Part shown: in pieces, positions 12,663-25,794 of the stretch | Layout: each line of letters begins with the position of its first letter | Numbering within the stretch: the stretch's first letter is position 1 | Assembly: GCF_001194135.2 (NCBI RefSeq) | Contig: NC_068990.1 | Span: 45,614,827-45,678,826 of the forward strand | Length of the DNA: 64,000 bases | Reading direction: 5' to 3' | From: Octopus bimaculoides | Taxonomy: Eukaryota | Position numbers and translations under genes: made by a program | Notes under the pieces: model-generated | Databases searched by the model: none | Told to the model about the DNA's origin: nothing | The model's input: only the letters and a program-made list of their open reading frames with translations

Positions 12663-15235
12663 CTACAATAGGACTTGCAACTATATCCAAACAATGCAAC
12701 AGGGAGAATAATTTTAGTCATTTCATCTCTGCTAATAATATATTCAAAGTTATAAATATTAAACAATTAGATATACTGATTTAATAATTACATGCTTGTA
12801 ATAATAATAATAGCATTCAATAAAGCCTTATAAGCACTAAATTTAGTGCTAATGGACTTTAATTACTTTAGAATTGCTTCATTAAAATATTGCAGTTAGC
12901 TTGGTAAAGCCTATATATCCAGTACTTGTGTCTATTTATACAGCTATAATGTGTGTGTGAATGAATATCTATGAATGTCTCATGCTTTAGTGCAATTAAT
13001 AGAGTAAAATTGCTTGAACTATTGTGATCAGAACCATCAGCTAAAAAAGCATTAGCTTCCAACAAAGGAGAAGATGGGAGCTGTAGCACTGATGCTGTTC
13101 CTGTGAACATTATTAGTAAGATAGCTACATTTGAAAATTGAAACTGAACCCCAGAATAGGATTATCAGGAAGCCACATTTTGATTAATGGTTGTTAAATT
13201 TGTGAATTACTATCAAACACATACATGACTTCTGTGCACAATGTGTAATTATAGTAGCATATTGCAAATAAGTTTGCTGTTACAAACACTATTGGTTAGA
13301 GACAGACTTAGCTGGTCTGCTGTTGAAATTTAATGCCAATTTCCTTCAGAACCAAGATAGATTGAGATAGAAATGTCACATCTTCCTTGTGCCTACTACA
13401 TAATACAAAAGATGTGCTGTGTGCAGCAGCTTTTAAACAGGATTCTGTTTTCCATTGTAATTTGTTAAGCACTCTACTACTTCAGACATGTTCTCAAATA
13501 GCAAATTGATTTGTTGTTACAATTACATATTGATGCTTTGAGGTGTACAATTATTCCTATTAATTTTATTTATCTCGTTATTTTTCTCATCAGTACAACT
13601 GTAGCCTAAGTTTAACATTGTTGTGATATTTGTGATTGATGGGGGAAATGTTTCCAGAACACCTCAAATAAGTTAATAGCAATGTTGGTTACTATACTCA
13701 GAACCTTTTGCTGATGAGGAAAGGCTTAGAATTTTGATTTCTATATAATAATTAATTGCTTAGTTTTTATATGGGTAGTACTTCCTAAAAGTGAGATGAA
13801 GCATTTTGTTTAGTTGTACAATGCAATAATTATGTTACAGTGGTATTGTGTTTATCTTTATAGCCCTTATATATTATTACACATCAGTTTTTATTTATCA
13901 AGAATAAGCAGTTAGCATTTTCTTCTCTGTGATAGCAGCAGTACATTAAGATAACAAGTAATAGAAAATATATATAAAGATAAACATCTGGTTTGTTGAT
14001 TCTGAGTCATCAGCAAGATCTAGAATGACATATTGAGACCAACAACAAAATCTTGATTATGTGTCCCTCAAACATTTCCAATCATTAGAGCAATCACGTT
14101 CTTTCTAAATTTTTTTCTAACTTTGGAATACTGACCAACTCTATTGCTAAATTAGAGAGAGAAAATGGGGTGTCTTAGAACTGACACTTGTCTACCAGGT
14201 CATTATTTTACTGAGAATTGTGTATCTTTGACAGAATGAGTTAATCCTTAATTCTACAGCAGGTAGAGTTTAGTGCACACTACTGAAGGATACAAGAGTG
14301 GAGTGGGTGGTGGTGGTGATGATGGTGGTCATTATCAGGTTAAAAACTGATATTCAGCCATTGGAAGCAAGTCAATCCTATTTCTGATAAATATTAATTA
14401 AGATGTTGCTTTATTACTTAATTTTTATACACTTCTAGGGCTAAAGTAAGTTTAAGCAATATTAAAAAACACACAAAAGCAACTCAAAAGTAAAGGTAAA
14501 AATGTAAGCAATCAAATTACAAGTCAACAAAAATTGAAAAAAAAAAAAGACAAAAAATGTTTGTTGTTCAAACTGAGCTTTAAAACAAATAATAATTAAT
14601 TGTAATTATCTATTATTCCAATAACATCAGCAATAATAACACAAAGGATAAAAGATGGTTAAGAGATTTCACAATTAATTAAAATGCAACATTTATTAAC
14701 ATTACTACATTTTACAGTAGATAGTGGTAGTTGAAGTGTATCCATTCACACATATATAAGTACATTTATTTCTTTAAATTTGTTCTTCCATGCTGGCATG
14801 AATCAACATGAAAGCTACAAATACAAATATCAGCATTTCAATTTTCATTAAGTAATTTTATGATAAAAAAAAGTAGTTTTTGTAGAAATCAAAACTGAGA
14901 CGACACATTTTTTTTTCTCAATAAATTCATTAATATATTTTGTCTATGACATATTGGTATTAGTGACATACAAACAGTTTGTCCAATACCATAATTATTC
15001 CCTTGAAATAACAACAGAAATATTTCCTTTAGGGAACAATTTCTCAAACTCCAAATATACATATACTTGTTCATCCTCTCTACGGAGGAATGTGAATCAG
15101 AGAAATCAGAATTAGTTCTCTAACTGGTGATAAAGTTTCTGGAGTTAGGTGAAGAGAAAGTGATTCCATCTCAGTAATGGTAAATAAAAAGCTGAAGAAG
15201 GTAAAAGTTGTGAAGAAAAATTTTGCATGCTATAC

Positions 15236-15374
15236 CTGGAACGCCGAAGATGTTCTGTTGCTGGGGAGTTGAAGATCCATACAATGCCATTATGGATTCT
15301 TTCGTGGTCTTATCATTACCACTCTTAGCATCAGAACTGGCACTGGTGAAAAGAGAATCATCAAATGCTCCATT
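15236..15374 (-). CDS. SMAP1: SMAP exon NGAFDDSLFTSASSDAKSGNDKTTKESIMALYGSSTPQQQNIFGVP-G
   Basis: tttctttccag|AAT ... CCA G|gtatag; 139 nt; TKESIMALYG corresponds to the conserved SMAP SKDSILSLYG-type motif. Confidence 0.9.
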
Positions 15375-17194
15375 CTGGAAAGAAACAGTTGTCTTAGATA
15401 TTTATGGACTAACATTTAAATGATCAGGGAATTCATACCTTCCATGGTTAAAACTAAAGTATGCTGGAGCCAATGGGGGAGGTTCTACATGTTTACTTAA
15501 CCTGAAAGAAATAGAAGGTAAATTTCCTTCAAATCACACCTTACAGATTTAAATAAGATAGGGAAATATTACTTAATGTAGCTCTCTTATGCACACCTCA
15601 AAAGACAGGACAGTGATAGTTGGAATACCTTTGGTTATAAGTTTGCTCATTTGGAATTTGAATTGAGATAAACATGTGTGTATAGTGATTAGGTCAGTCA
15701 GTCTGCAAACCCAAAGATATTACATAAAATAGTCATATCTACTTGTATTTTATTTGATCTCCAAATATTATAAGTCATCACTTTTAGATAGATATATTCA
15801 CTATCAATACTGCAAGATACCTTTTGTTATACATAGATATATTAATTTTCCCTTGGTAGTATGGCAGGAGTGATTTTTGTTGAAGCAATTATTTTTACAA
15901 TTGATTGCTCCTCTTGTCACTCAATAGTGATGTTGGCTCATGCTGTGAAATGAGTTCACTACCAATCATATGGAAGTAGAATTGTGCACTTCTCTCCAGA
16001 TTGCTCAACTGATATAAAACAAGTTCCACAATTAAGTGGTTAACAATAGCAATGTCCAACTCCAAAAAAAACAAAAAAACCCATGAATGTGAGCCTCTTT
16101 GTGTTTGCTAGAGCTGTTGGAAATAGAAGACAAATCTTCACTAAATTTTACTTACCCACCTTATTGAAATATTGGTATATAGGCTAATAATATGAAAATG
16201 CATTCTACATTCATAATTCTTATTATACACACATGGCATATTCCTTAGGGCAAGGAAATTATAGCATATATTGATAGTAAGGCAAGCCTTTAAAAAAAGT
16301 TACTCCTTGATAGGAAATTGTAAGGGAATTTGGTCTAAACAAAATTTCTTAAACCATCTTCATAGTATATTATGAATTTAGCACTGCCAAGCCTTTCAAA
16401 GATAGTTTTATGTAATTTAATTTTATAAAAGAGAAAGAAATTTAATTTTATAAAAGAGAAAGAAAAAGATTAATGTAGATATATATTAATTCTTATGTAC
16501 ATGTTTCTCTAAGAATGAACAAGTTAAGAAATGATGCATTAGACAATGTAGTCTAGATATGGCCACAACTAAAATGCATTTGATCACATGTTTACTCGAT
16601 CAAGTTCAATCTAGGTGCTAACAGGAAATTTGGACTCTGCTACTAAACTCGTTTCTTTGTTGCCAAATAAATGAAGTACAGTGATACAATAAGAACTTGC
16701 TAACTTTTCAGTTGAAAAGTTAACAACCACTGCAACCCCATCAGAAAATGATAAGCTTGGAGAAATGTTTAAAGCAAGTTTAGAAATTTATCATTCATAT
16801 ATATGTAAAATTAAACAGAATTAACCTTACAAAATTGATGTAATTACATAAACTAAGATTCAGTTTCCCAAAACAAAAGTAAAACTATTTAAAAAAGTTT
16901 TTGCCTTAAACAACACTACTTTTACAGATTTTTTGTATAACAATTTTTCCATGCTCTCTTGGGTTAAACATCTACAAAAATGTGACTATCTGTATGGAAT
17001 GTTATGTCATGTGGAGTCACCTGAATGCCCACTTTTAATACAAACCAATAAACTATAAAGTAGAAGTAGAGATAAGAATAGAAAGGAACACATATTGCAT
17101 ACTCCTGTATTTTAAAACTCTCATCTACTGTAAATAATAAAATAGAAATAGGAGTAGAATGAATTAATATTATATTAGCAACAGTTTCAGGAGG

Positions 17195-17405
17195 AGAGTT
17201 GGTAGAATTGTTAGGACACTGGACAAAATGCTTTGCAGAATTTCATCCCTCTTTATATTCTGGGTTCAAATTACACTGAGGTCAATTTTGTTGTTTATCC
17301 TTTTGGGATTGATGAAATAAATATCAGTTGAGCACTGGGGTCGATGTAATCAACTAGCTCCCTCCCCCAAATTTTAAGCCTTGTGTCAACAGTAGAAAGG
17401 ATTAT
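17195..17405 (+). mobile_element. tRNA-derived SINE, same family as the 39.4-42.0 kb array; other copies ~26665-26880 (-) and ~30465-30600 (-, partial)
   Basis: gagttggtagaattgttag ... gggttcaaatt ... aagccttgtgtcaacagtagaaaggattat. Confidence 0.75.
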
Positions 17406-18226
17406 ATAAATGACAGTTAATTATACAAAATCAGAGCAGTATTTTCTAAAGCTAAGGTAACAATACCTATATACTAACTGGTACATTAGCATCATACATG
17501 TGGGTAGCAATGCACTGAAAGTATTTCAATGGAGTGAAATTTCATAATACTAGAGACTTCCTTTTCATGAGAGTAATCATAACTGTAACTGGGGTTAAAA
17601 GCAGACTAAAATTTCAGGATAAGTAAAGCTTAACAAGAAATTGAAAGTGAAATAAAGATGCTAATAACTGTAATTTAATTTCAGATCCCAATTGATTAAT
17701 GATAACCAAAGTATTTATTTTATGATTATTTGAAAACACAGTGACAAACAGATTAAAATGTCAATCTTTAGTATCAAAAAAAATTTCTGTACTTCATTCT
17801 TGAACCTCAAGAGAAATTACATTTTTAAGAGAGAGACGTTCTATAAGACACTGTAAGGAGAACAAAAATGTATGTGCTGTGTTGCTAACAGACTAGCTAC
17901 ACTGAAATGATGGTTTTAGTGTCACTCAATCAAAAGGTTCTTTGGTTTGAAGTCAGAACACTTTCAAATCAGAGGAATTTAAGATGTTTTGCACCAACAA
18001 GGTGTCTAGTTACAACGATCCACCAGTCCTGTAGCAACGCAAAGAGATTTACCTTCCTAGCTCAAATCTGTAACCACACCATCATTAAAATCAATGAACT
18101 ATCAACAAAATGCATCATGTAATCAGATGAACATGAAATTCTTTACAAGATGATTACTGTAGGAAAAACATGCATTTTAGTTACTAGTTAAATCCAAATG
18201 AAAATAGGTAAAAATATGTATTGTAC

Positions 18227-18402
18227 TTGTTGGAATGCCTGTTGGCTGGAATTGGCAGTGTTTGTAGGTGTCTGTCCAGAGGTTTGGCTTTGAACAGCAT
18301 TTATAGGAGCAGCAGGTGCTGCATTTGCTGTAGAAGCTCCACTGCTTCCAAGGAAGTCATCTAATAGGTTTGCATTGTTTGCAGAAGATTCACCAGGAGA
18401 GC
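18227..18402 (-). CDS. SMAP1: SMAP exon (S)SPGESSANNANLLDDFLGSSGAS...NSSQQAFQQ
   Basis: ttttcattatcag|GC; open frame within ORF 18188..18436; 176 nt, phase 1 to 0; only plausible phase-0 GT donor is CAA|gtacaa (weak), so the 3' boundary is less certain. Confidence 0.8.
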
Positions 18403-19760
18403 CTGATAATGAAAATAAAATGAAATTTAAAAACAAAACTTAAATATGACTGTTATAAAATATAATTGATGGATTAGCAGAATCATTAAAGCATTCATGA
18501 AAATGTCTTAAAGTATTAACTAAATATGGCTCTTTATGTTCAGAGCCAACCAAGATGAATCCCATTTTGGTAGGCTTTATCTTCCAAAGTTGACCAAATA
18601 AGTATCAGCTGACTACCAAAGTTTATTTAATCAATCAACCTCTCCTATTAAATTTCTAGTCTTGTGTGCATGCTAAAATTACTACTACTTCTACTACTAT
18701 AAATATCACTTCTGCTGCTGTCACCATCACTACCACTACCTACCTCTACAGCTGCAATTTGATCCAGGCACTGTAAACCATTGATCAATCTTTAAAAATG
18801 TTGAAATACAGCCATTAAAACCATCACATTCTCTTTTCACTTGATTTGTTGCTACTGGGTATGTGGGATGGAGAAATAGAGTACTGGTACCAAACTACAA
18901 GCCACAGAATATAGATAGCAACATCCCATTCATTGTCAGTAGATGAAATGGGACTTAAGTCAGTCACATAAACACAGATCTTGGAACATGGCTGGACAGA
19001 TTCAACAATCCGATGGCAACAGTCTGAGATAGGGAGAAGTATAATGTTTGTGATTGACTGTAATGTAATGACTGGGAAAGGTAATTTTAAAAAGCTTTAA
19101 GAAACAACAACTGGTCTAACAAATAAAAATAGCCATTAAAAAAAAAATACATGATAATGCATAAGAAATCAATTATTTCCTAATTGCACATTAGTTTACT
19201 TTGTCATAGTAGTAAATGCACATAGTGTACTTTCTCATAGTACAAGTTTCAACCAGTGTTGTATGTGTAACTGAATACATTAGCGGCAAGAACAGGCATG
19301 GCTAAAACCTCTCCAAGGCGGTGCCTCAGCCTGTCTCCAGTACAATGACTGAAACAAGTAAAAGATCAAAGATAAATATATACACTCACGCGCACGACAC
19401 GAGTCCGCACATAGAAGTCAAAGGAGATAACTCATAAAGCTCGGAGTTGTCTCCCTTAGCTTTATTATCAAATTGAGTGGCTAAACCAGTAAAGTTATGT
19501 AAGTGTCAAACGGTGTTCAGTTTACTGAACATAAAACTATCGTTACGTAACTACTTCGCTAATTTTCTCAAACGATTAAAAATAAAAATAGTAGCAAAAC
19601 AAAAATCGATATTATGTATTTCTAGCTAGATTGTTGACAGCAGGTGGCGATTTATACGAAAGAAAAGAAAATTCCACAGTTGTCAAGAACAAAGAAAGTA
19701 GTTTAATTAAACCTCAACTCTAAATATATATAGTGATCATAAAGAAGTTGAAATATATGT

Positions 19761-20187
19761 GGTACTTTTTGGTTATCTCACCCCCATTAAAAAATTGGAT
19801 TATCTCCCCAAGTTTTATGAGAAATATTGGTACTTTTGGTTATCTCACTCATTTAAAAAAATTGTTTAACCCTCAATTAAAAAAAAAAAAGTGAAAAGAT
19901 GAAATATCTTATTGAATCTAATAATATTTTTGTAACAAATTATACAAAACTGAAAAGATTAATAAACATGAAAACTGAAAAAATTAAACATCTCACTGAA
20001 TTTGATAACATTTTTATAACAAATCATACCATTCCTATTGAGGAGGCCAAACGTCAACAATGTGTTGAAGTAGTGAATCAAAAGGATCTGACTCTTTTAA
20101 TCCAATCTCTTGTCGCCACATAAACTCAGCTTTTTAGTGGGGAGATAACCCAGTTTTTTAATGGCAATGAGATAACCCAAAAGTACC
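19761..20187. mobile_element. MITE-like element with ~50-bp terminal inverted repeats (unclassified)
   Basis: 19761-19810 ggtactttttggttatctcacccccattaaaaaattggattatctcccca pairs with 20138-20187; no clear TSD. Confidence 0.6.
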
Positions 20188-20244
20188 CACTAAGTATTTT
20201 ACAAATTCAATAACAAAGAATAAATATATAAACAATAGCTATGC

Positions 20245-20246
<2 letters not shown>

Positions 20247-20301
<55 letters not shown>

Positions 20302-20551
20302 TATTCTCAACCAAAACTGCTCAATGAACTGGAATGTAAAACTCTGAGTAACAGTTTTTGTGATGTTTTTGTTTGCAGCTTTATTAATAAAGTGTGTGTG
20401 TGTGTATATATATACACATATATATATACACATATATATATACACATATATATATACACATATATATATATACATATATATATATACATATATATACATA
20501 TATATATATACATATATATATATATACATATATATACATATATATATATAC

Positions 20552-20582
<31 letters not shown>

Positions 20583-20837
20583 NNNNNNNNNNNNNNNNNN
20601 NNNNNNNNNNNNNNNNNNNNNNNNNNNNNNNNNNNNNNNNNNNNNNNNNNNNNNNNNNNNNNNNNNNNNNNNNNNNNNNNNNNNNNNNNNNNNNNNNNNN
20701 NNNNNNNNNNNNNNNNNNNNNNNNNNNNNNNNNNNNNNNNNNNNNNNNNNNNNNNNNNNNNNNNNNNNNNNNNNNNNNNNNNNNNNNNNNNNNNNNNNNN
20801 NNNNNNNNNNNNNNNNNNNNNNNNNNNATATATATAG

Positions 20838-20868
<31 letters not shown>

Positions 20869-20877
20869 TACATATAC

Positions 20878-20939
<62 letters not shown>

Positions 20940-20945
20940 ATATAT
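20247..20945. repeat. (GT)n plus compound (TA/CA)n microsatellites around gap 20583-20827
   Basis: Direct inspection. Confidence 0.95.
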
Positions 20946-20949
20946 AAAA

Positions 20950-21070
20950 GCACAGGTGTAGCTGTGTGGTTCCAGGTTCAGTTGCACTGCATGGCACCTT
21001 GTGCAAGTACCTCGGGCCGACCAAAGCCTTGTGAGTGGATTTGGTAGACGGAAACTGAAAGAAGCCCGTC

Positions 21071-21072
<2 letters not shown>
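20950..21072 (+). mobile_element. tRNA-derived CORE-like SINE (family 2), internally deleted
   Basis: gctgtgtggttccaggttcag...catggcaccttgtgcaagt...gccgaccaaagccttgtgagtggatttggtagacggaaactgaaagaagcccgtcg, shared with 24425, 49395 and 62447. Confidence 0.75.
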
Positions 21073-21129
<57 letters not shown>

Positions 21130-22410
21130 GTGTTGGTGATGGTGGTGGTAATGGTGGCAGCAACAGTCACAGACTATCAGATGTGGTTATACCCTGCTAG
21201 TTACAATGCACTTTCTCATATTGTTATAGCCTTCAAATGATGCCACCTCACTGGTTAGGTGGGCAGGCCAACATAACTCCTGACTGGGAATGCTAGTCTA
21301 CATGGTTACCCATTTATGGCTGAATGGACTGAAGCAATTTGAAATTGCTCTGCTCAACAACACAATGCAATGCTGGCCTTGGGAATTGAACTTGCAATTT
21401 TGAGTGCAACAGCCTAACCACTGGTTTATGTATCTTTATATATCTGTATACATATAAGACTTAATCAGATGAGACATTGACTTCTTTTTTTTTTTCTCAG
21501 GACCTTCAAAACAAATGGTAGGAAGTTCTCCTCAGACCAGAGACCTGGCCTCAATACTTGCAACAGGGTAAATCCAGCAAAAGGCACCCTTATGCTAGGT
21601 GGTGGCATTGTTAAACCAGGTACCACCTAAGAACAGGAATGATCCCTCTGATGAGCATACAGATTCTGACTACCAAATCTTACTCACAGGACATTGCTGA
21701 CCTGAGGTAACAGCAGAAGACACTTGTCGAAGGTTCTGCATTCTATACAGTGTGATCAAACTTGAAATCGCATAAATACAAAGCTAACTTCTTAAATACA
21801 CATCTTTATATAAACATAAAAGCATATATTTTGTTTATACTGCGATGACAAGAGTGACAAGGAAACTTCTGTAGCTAGGGCAGAACAAATGCCATGAAAT
21901 ATTTGTTTGAAAGTATCAGTTTATGACTTTCTCACCACTATATATTGGTGAATTACACATATATACACATTTAGACGGCAAATTGGCGAAGATATTAAGA
22001 GTGTTGGGTTGAATGCTTTGCAGTATTTGGTCTGACTCATGCTCTCTTAAGGACACATGCTGTTGAGGTTAGTTTTGACTTTCACCCTTTCAGGGTTGAT
22101 AAAAAAAAGTCCCAATGCAGGGTGATGGATTGGTGAAACTGTTAGAGCATTGAGTGAGTTGCCTTGCAGTGTCCGTTTTGGCTCTGTGTTCTGAAAGTAA
22201 TATATGCGGTGATACTGGTGTTAAGCTGCCTTTCACTTGGATAAAAATCTGTGACATTGAGAAGGAAGACTTGTATGTATGTGCAACTGCCAGTCTTCCT
22301 CAAAGGACTGCCACATTCTGTTGGCATATAAACTATACTATTCAGTACTGTTACTGTATATCTCTCACTTAGAGATTTAAAACAAGTTGTTTTTCTCTCT
22401 CTCTATATAT

Positions 22411-23180
22411 ATAGGGTGTTTGGGATAAATTTGACAGTTTGCTTAAAAGGAAAAGAAAACACAATGTCCTATCCAAAAATAAAAGTATCTTTAAAAAATC
22501 AAAAAATATCATCTAGATTATGGTTGGGAGATAACAATTTACTCCAAGAAGCCATCCTAAGCTTTCCCTGTGGCCTCTACATAGCTCCGGGACCAGGTTC
22601 ATGTGTTCCTCACTGTGGCCCTAGGAAGATTTTCCAACACCTCCTTGATTTTGGCCACCAGCTTGGCTTTGGTGTCTTTCTCAACTGTCCCCACACATAG
22701 TAACTACAGTCCGGGTAATTAGGAGGCCAGAAATTAGGGATGATAAAATCACAGAAATTCTCCAAAAACCACTTCTGACTCTTTCCAGAAGTATGGCAAG
22801 GAGGCAAATCCTGCTGCCACACATGGCCTTCCAGCATCAACCTCTCCAGCAGTTTCACATAGTTGTCTGTATTGAACCCTAAAGCTCTGCTCAAAAATGA
22901 GGGGATAAATTTTGGCATGTGGATGCAGTGAGAATGCCTGGTATGTGCCTTCCTGCTGGCATGGATTCATAGACTCCATTGCAGCTGTTCATGTCACATC
23001 TTACAGCCTTTACAGTGTTCACAGAGCATTGAGCAGCAGACATTTTGATACTCAGCATGAATCCTCATGATACAGGTAAACTCTTTTCCAATATTCAGAT
23101 AGCTTCCAGTCCTTCATGTCAGTAATCTTTTTTCTCAACACAACTTTAATCTTTATGCTGTCCAGTGCCATTGACTGTTG
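22411..23180 (-). mobile_element. Degenerate Tc1/mariner (maT/DD37D-like) transposon, same family as 1-640
   Basis: ORF 22610..22918 contains HVWQQDLPPCHTSGKSQKWFLENF and FWPPNYPDCSYYVWG; putative terminus tagggtgtttgggataaatt at 22411; left part frameshifted. Confidence 0.8.
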
Positions 23181-23381
23181 ACTAATATATCAAGCTGTTT
23201 CTGATAAATGGAGACAAAAAAAATCATCAAATTTAGTCTGAATACCTGTAAGATGCTTGCTTAAGATACCACAAAGTAGGATTGAACCTGAAACCATATG
23301 GCTGCAAAGTGACAGCTATGCCTGCATGCACAACATTACAATTAAATGTAAAAATAAAAACAAATAATAAAACTGGCATAC

Positions 23382-23493
23382 TCAAGTTGAGTAGATCATC
23401 AGCATGAGAACTCTTCTTGGTTTCTTTAGCAATCTCCTTTAATGGCTGAGCAGTTGTTTCTGTTACTTCTTTTGACTCAACCTTTTGAGAAGG
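23382..23493 (-). CDS. SMAP1: SMAP exon PSQKVESKEVTETTAQPLKEIAKETKKSSHADDLLNL
   Basis: attttgtag|CCT ... TTG A|gtatgc; 112 nt, phase 0 to 1; ends in DLLNL, at the position of the SMAP clathrin box. Confidence 0.86.
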
Positions 23494-23807
23494 CTACAAA
23501 ATACAAAAATTAAATATAAATAATAAGATATTCAATTTGAAAGTGCTGAATCAATGAACAAAACATCCAAATTTAGGAAACAATGAGGTTGACTCCAAGA
23601 TATTTTTTTAAGTTCTGTCCACTCCACAACATAAATGTGAAATGTCAAAGTTCTAAGAAATAGCTGCTGGTTTTATTTTTATTTTGTTTAATGCATCACT
23701 TCTAATAAATGTAATCTGGATTTCTTAAGGTGAAATGCCTTACCAGAACTCTCATGTAATAAAACATTTGAAGTAAACAAAAATGTGAATATTTTATTGA
23801 AGCTACA

Positions 23808-24040
23808 TCATCATCATCGTTTAATGTCTACTTTCCATGCTGGTCTGACTGAGGACTGGCAAACCAGGAGGCTGTACAAGGCTCCAATCTGCTTTGGCAA
23901 GATTCCTACAGCTGGATGCCCTTCCTAACACCAACCACTCTGAGAGTGTAGTGATTGCTTTTTATGTGCCACTGGCATAGGGGCCAGTCAAACAGCACTG
24001 GCATTGGCCATGACTACGATTTCACTTGACTCAACAGGTC
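23808..24040 (-). mobile_element. RTE LINE 3'-end fragment
   Basis: (CAT)n then ttaatgtctactttccatgctgg...gctggatgcccttcctaacaccaaccactctgagagtgtagtg. Confidence 0.75.
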
Positions 24041-24424
24041 TTATGTATAATAATTTAATAATCCTTTGTCTGATATCTGAAAATCTCCAGAGTTTGAAAT
24101 TTTTGTAAGCATAAGAAATGAAAAACTAAAGAAGTGCTTGAAAGGCACTAGTGTATAGTTGTGGACTATCAGCTTACTCAAGGGTTTTCTCAATTCAGTA
24201 TCATTGCAGTCAGTTTATTACCAGCAGCTACCATAGCAATATTTTTATGCATGAACTACTGTGTGTTCTATTCTGTGTGTTGAAAATACTGAAAAGGCTT
24301 GCAGATAGTCTTAAGAGGAAAAATGTTTAGCAGAGAATTTGTTGAATTAGATAAATTAGACAATAGAGATAAGCAGAGAATCAGTTGTATGAGGTGAACA
24401 CTTGGAAGTATCAAGTAACTGGAA

Positions 24425-24752
24425 TGTGTAGTAAAATGTTTGCTTCCCAACCACATGGTTCTGGATTCAGTCCCACAGTGTGACACCTTGATCAAGTGTC
24501 TTCTACTGTAGCCTCAGGCCAACTAAAGCCTTGTGAATGGATATGGTAGATGGAAACTGAAAGAAGCCCATTATGTGTGTGTGTGTGTGTCCCACCACTG
24601 CTTGACAATTGGTGTTGGTGTGTGTAAATCCCTGTAACTTAGCAGTTTGGCAAAAGAGACCAATCAGTACTAGGGTTGATTCATTCAATTAAAAACTCTT
24701 CAAGGCAGTACCCCAGTATGGCCGCAGTCTAATGACTGAAACAAGTAAAAGG
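24425..24752 (+). mobile_element. Near full-length tRNA-derived CORE-like SINE (family 2); other copies 49395-49787, 61216-61300, 62447-62605 (+) and ~4855-5085, ~12085-12200, ~21235-21425, ~23240-23330 (-)
   Basis: tgcttcccaaccacatggttctggattcagtccc (B-box region), gacaccttgatcaagtgtctt (CORE-like), internal (GT)n, tail gtctaatgactgaaacaagtaaaag. Confidence 0.75.
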
Positions 24753-25794
24753 TTATGGTGAAATGTTAGGGATATTTGTCACATATAACCTATCTCAACA
24801 TGTTCAAATCCTTCAATAACTTGGTATACTGTCTTGACATGCTCAGTCTATTTTATTTGAAGCTACACAGTCAGTGAATGCATGTTAAAAAGAATTTTGT
24901 TCAACATAGTGAACTGGCATTTTCTCAATAATGTTCAGTTTTCTTTCTTTCTTCTTTCCCAATTAATTTAAGGTTAAAGATAAGTCTTTCTTTCATACCA
25001 AGATATAAATTCTTAAAAGTCATTTTAAGTTTTCAGCCATTCAAACAAGTAATTTAAAAAGCAGACATTTAATAGTTTAATGCTTTTCCCCAACAATGAA
25101 TTATCGACGGAGGGGAAATAACTTTCTGCAGGACTGACTTGAGTAAATGTCTGTTCTTAAGGAAGGATAAAAGTTAAAACCAATATATATCACTAAATCC
25201 GGCTCTTATGTCAGATCTAAAAATGATGGTAGCATTAAATAACATTTACTACATATGAGAGAGAGAGAGAGAGAGAAAGAAAAAGAGAGAAAGAGAGAGA
25301 GAGAGATGCGTCAGTTAAACACAAGACTCCCAGCTAATAGGCCAGCAGCTCATAATCTGCACAGTGAAGTCCACTTGATTCTAAGTAGGTATTAATATAA
25401 TTTGCAGCTGAAAGTAGTAGCAGTGTTGCGGAATTGACAAATGATTTCTTAGTTTGCAGGTTCATTGACTTCTGAGAAAAGAAAAAGAAAGAAAAAAGGG
25501 GAAAAAAAGCAAACACCTTACTGAGGAAATGCCTTATTCGTTACTCTTGAAATTGGAGATAAATGCCAGTAATATAGATCTTAGTGATTAGGAAAAGGAT
25601 TAGCTAAGCTGATCCATGTATCAAGAAAAGGATATATTACCAATGAATTAACCCGAACAGAGCAAGAAAAATAATATGTAAAGGAATAAAATTTTAATGC
25701 ATTTGCTTTCATGTGATGCTGTGGCTAATTGTTCTGGAATTGAAAGGAGACACATAAGTAGGACTTGAATTTTTAATAGATTTAATGCTTGTAT

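Noticed and set aside
25334-25480. Strong polypyrimidine acceptor (ttctcag|AAG) with 45 open codons on the minus strand
   Set aside because: No convincing in-phase donor, peptide unlike SMAP, and the tract is a simple (CTTT)n-type repeat.
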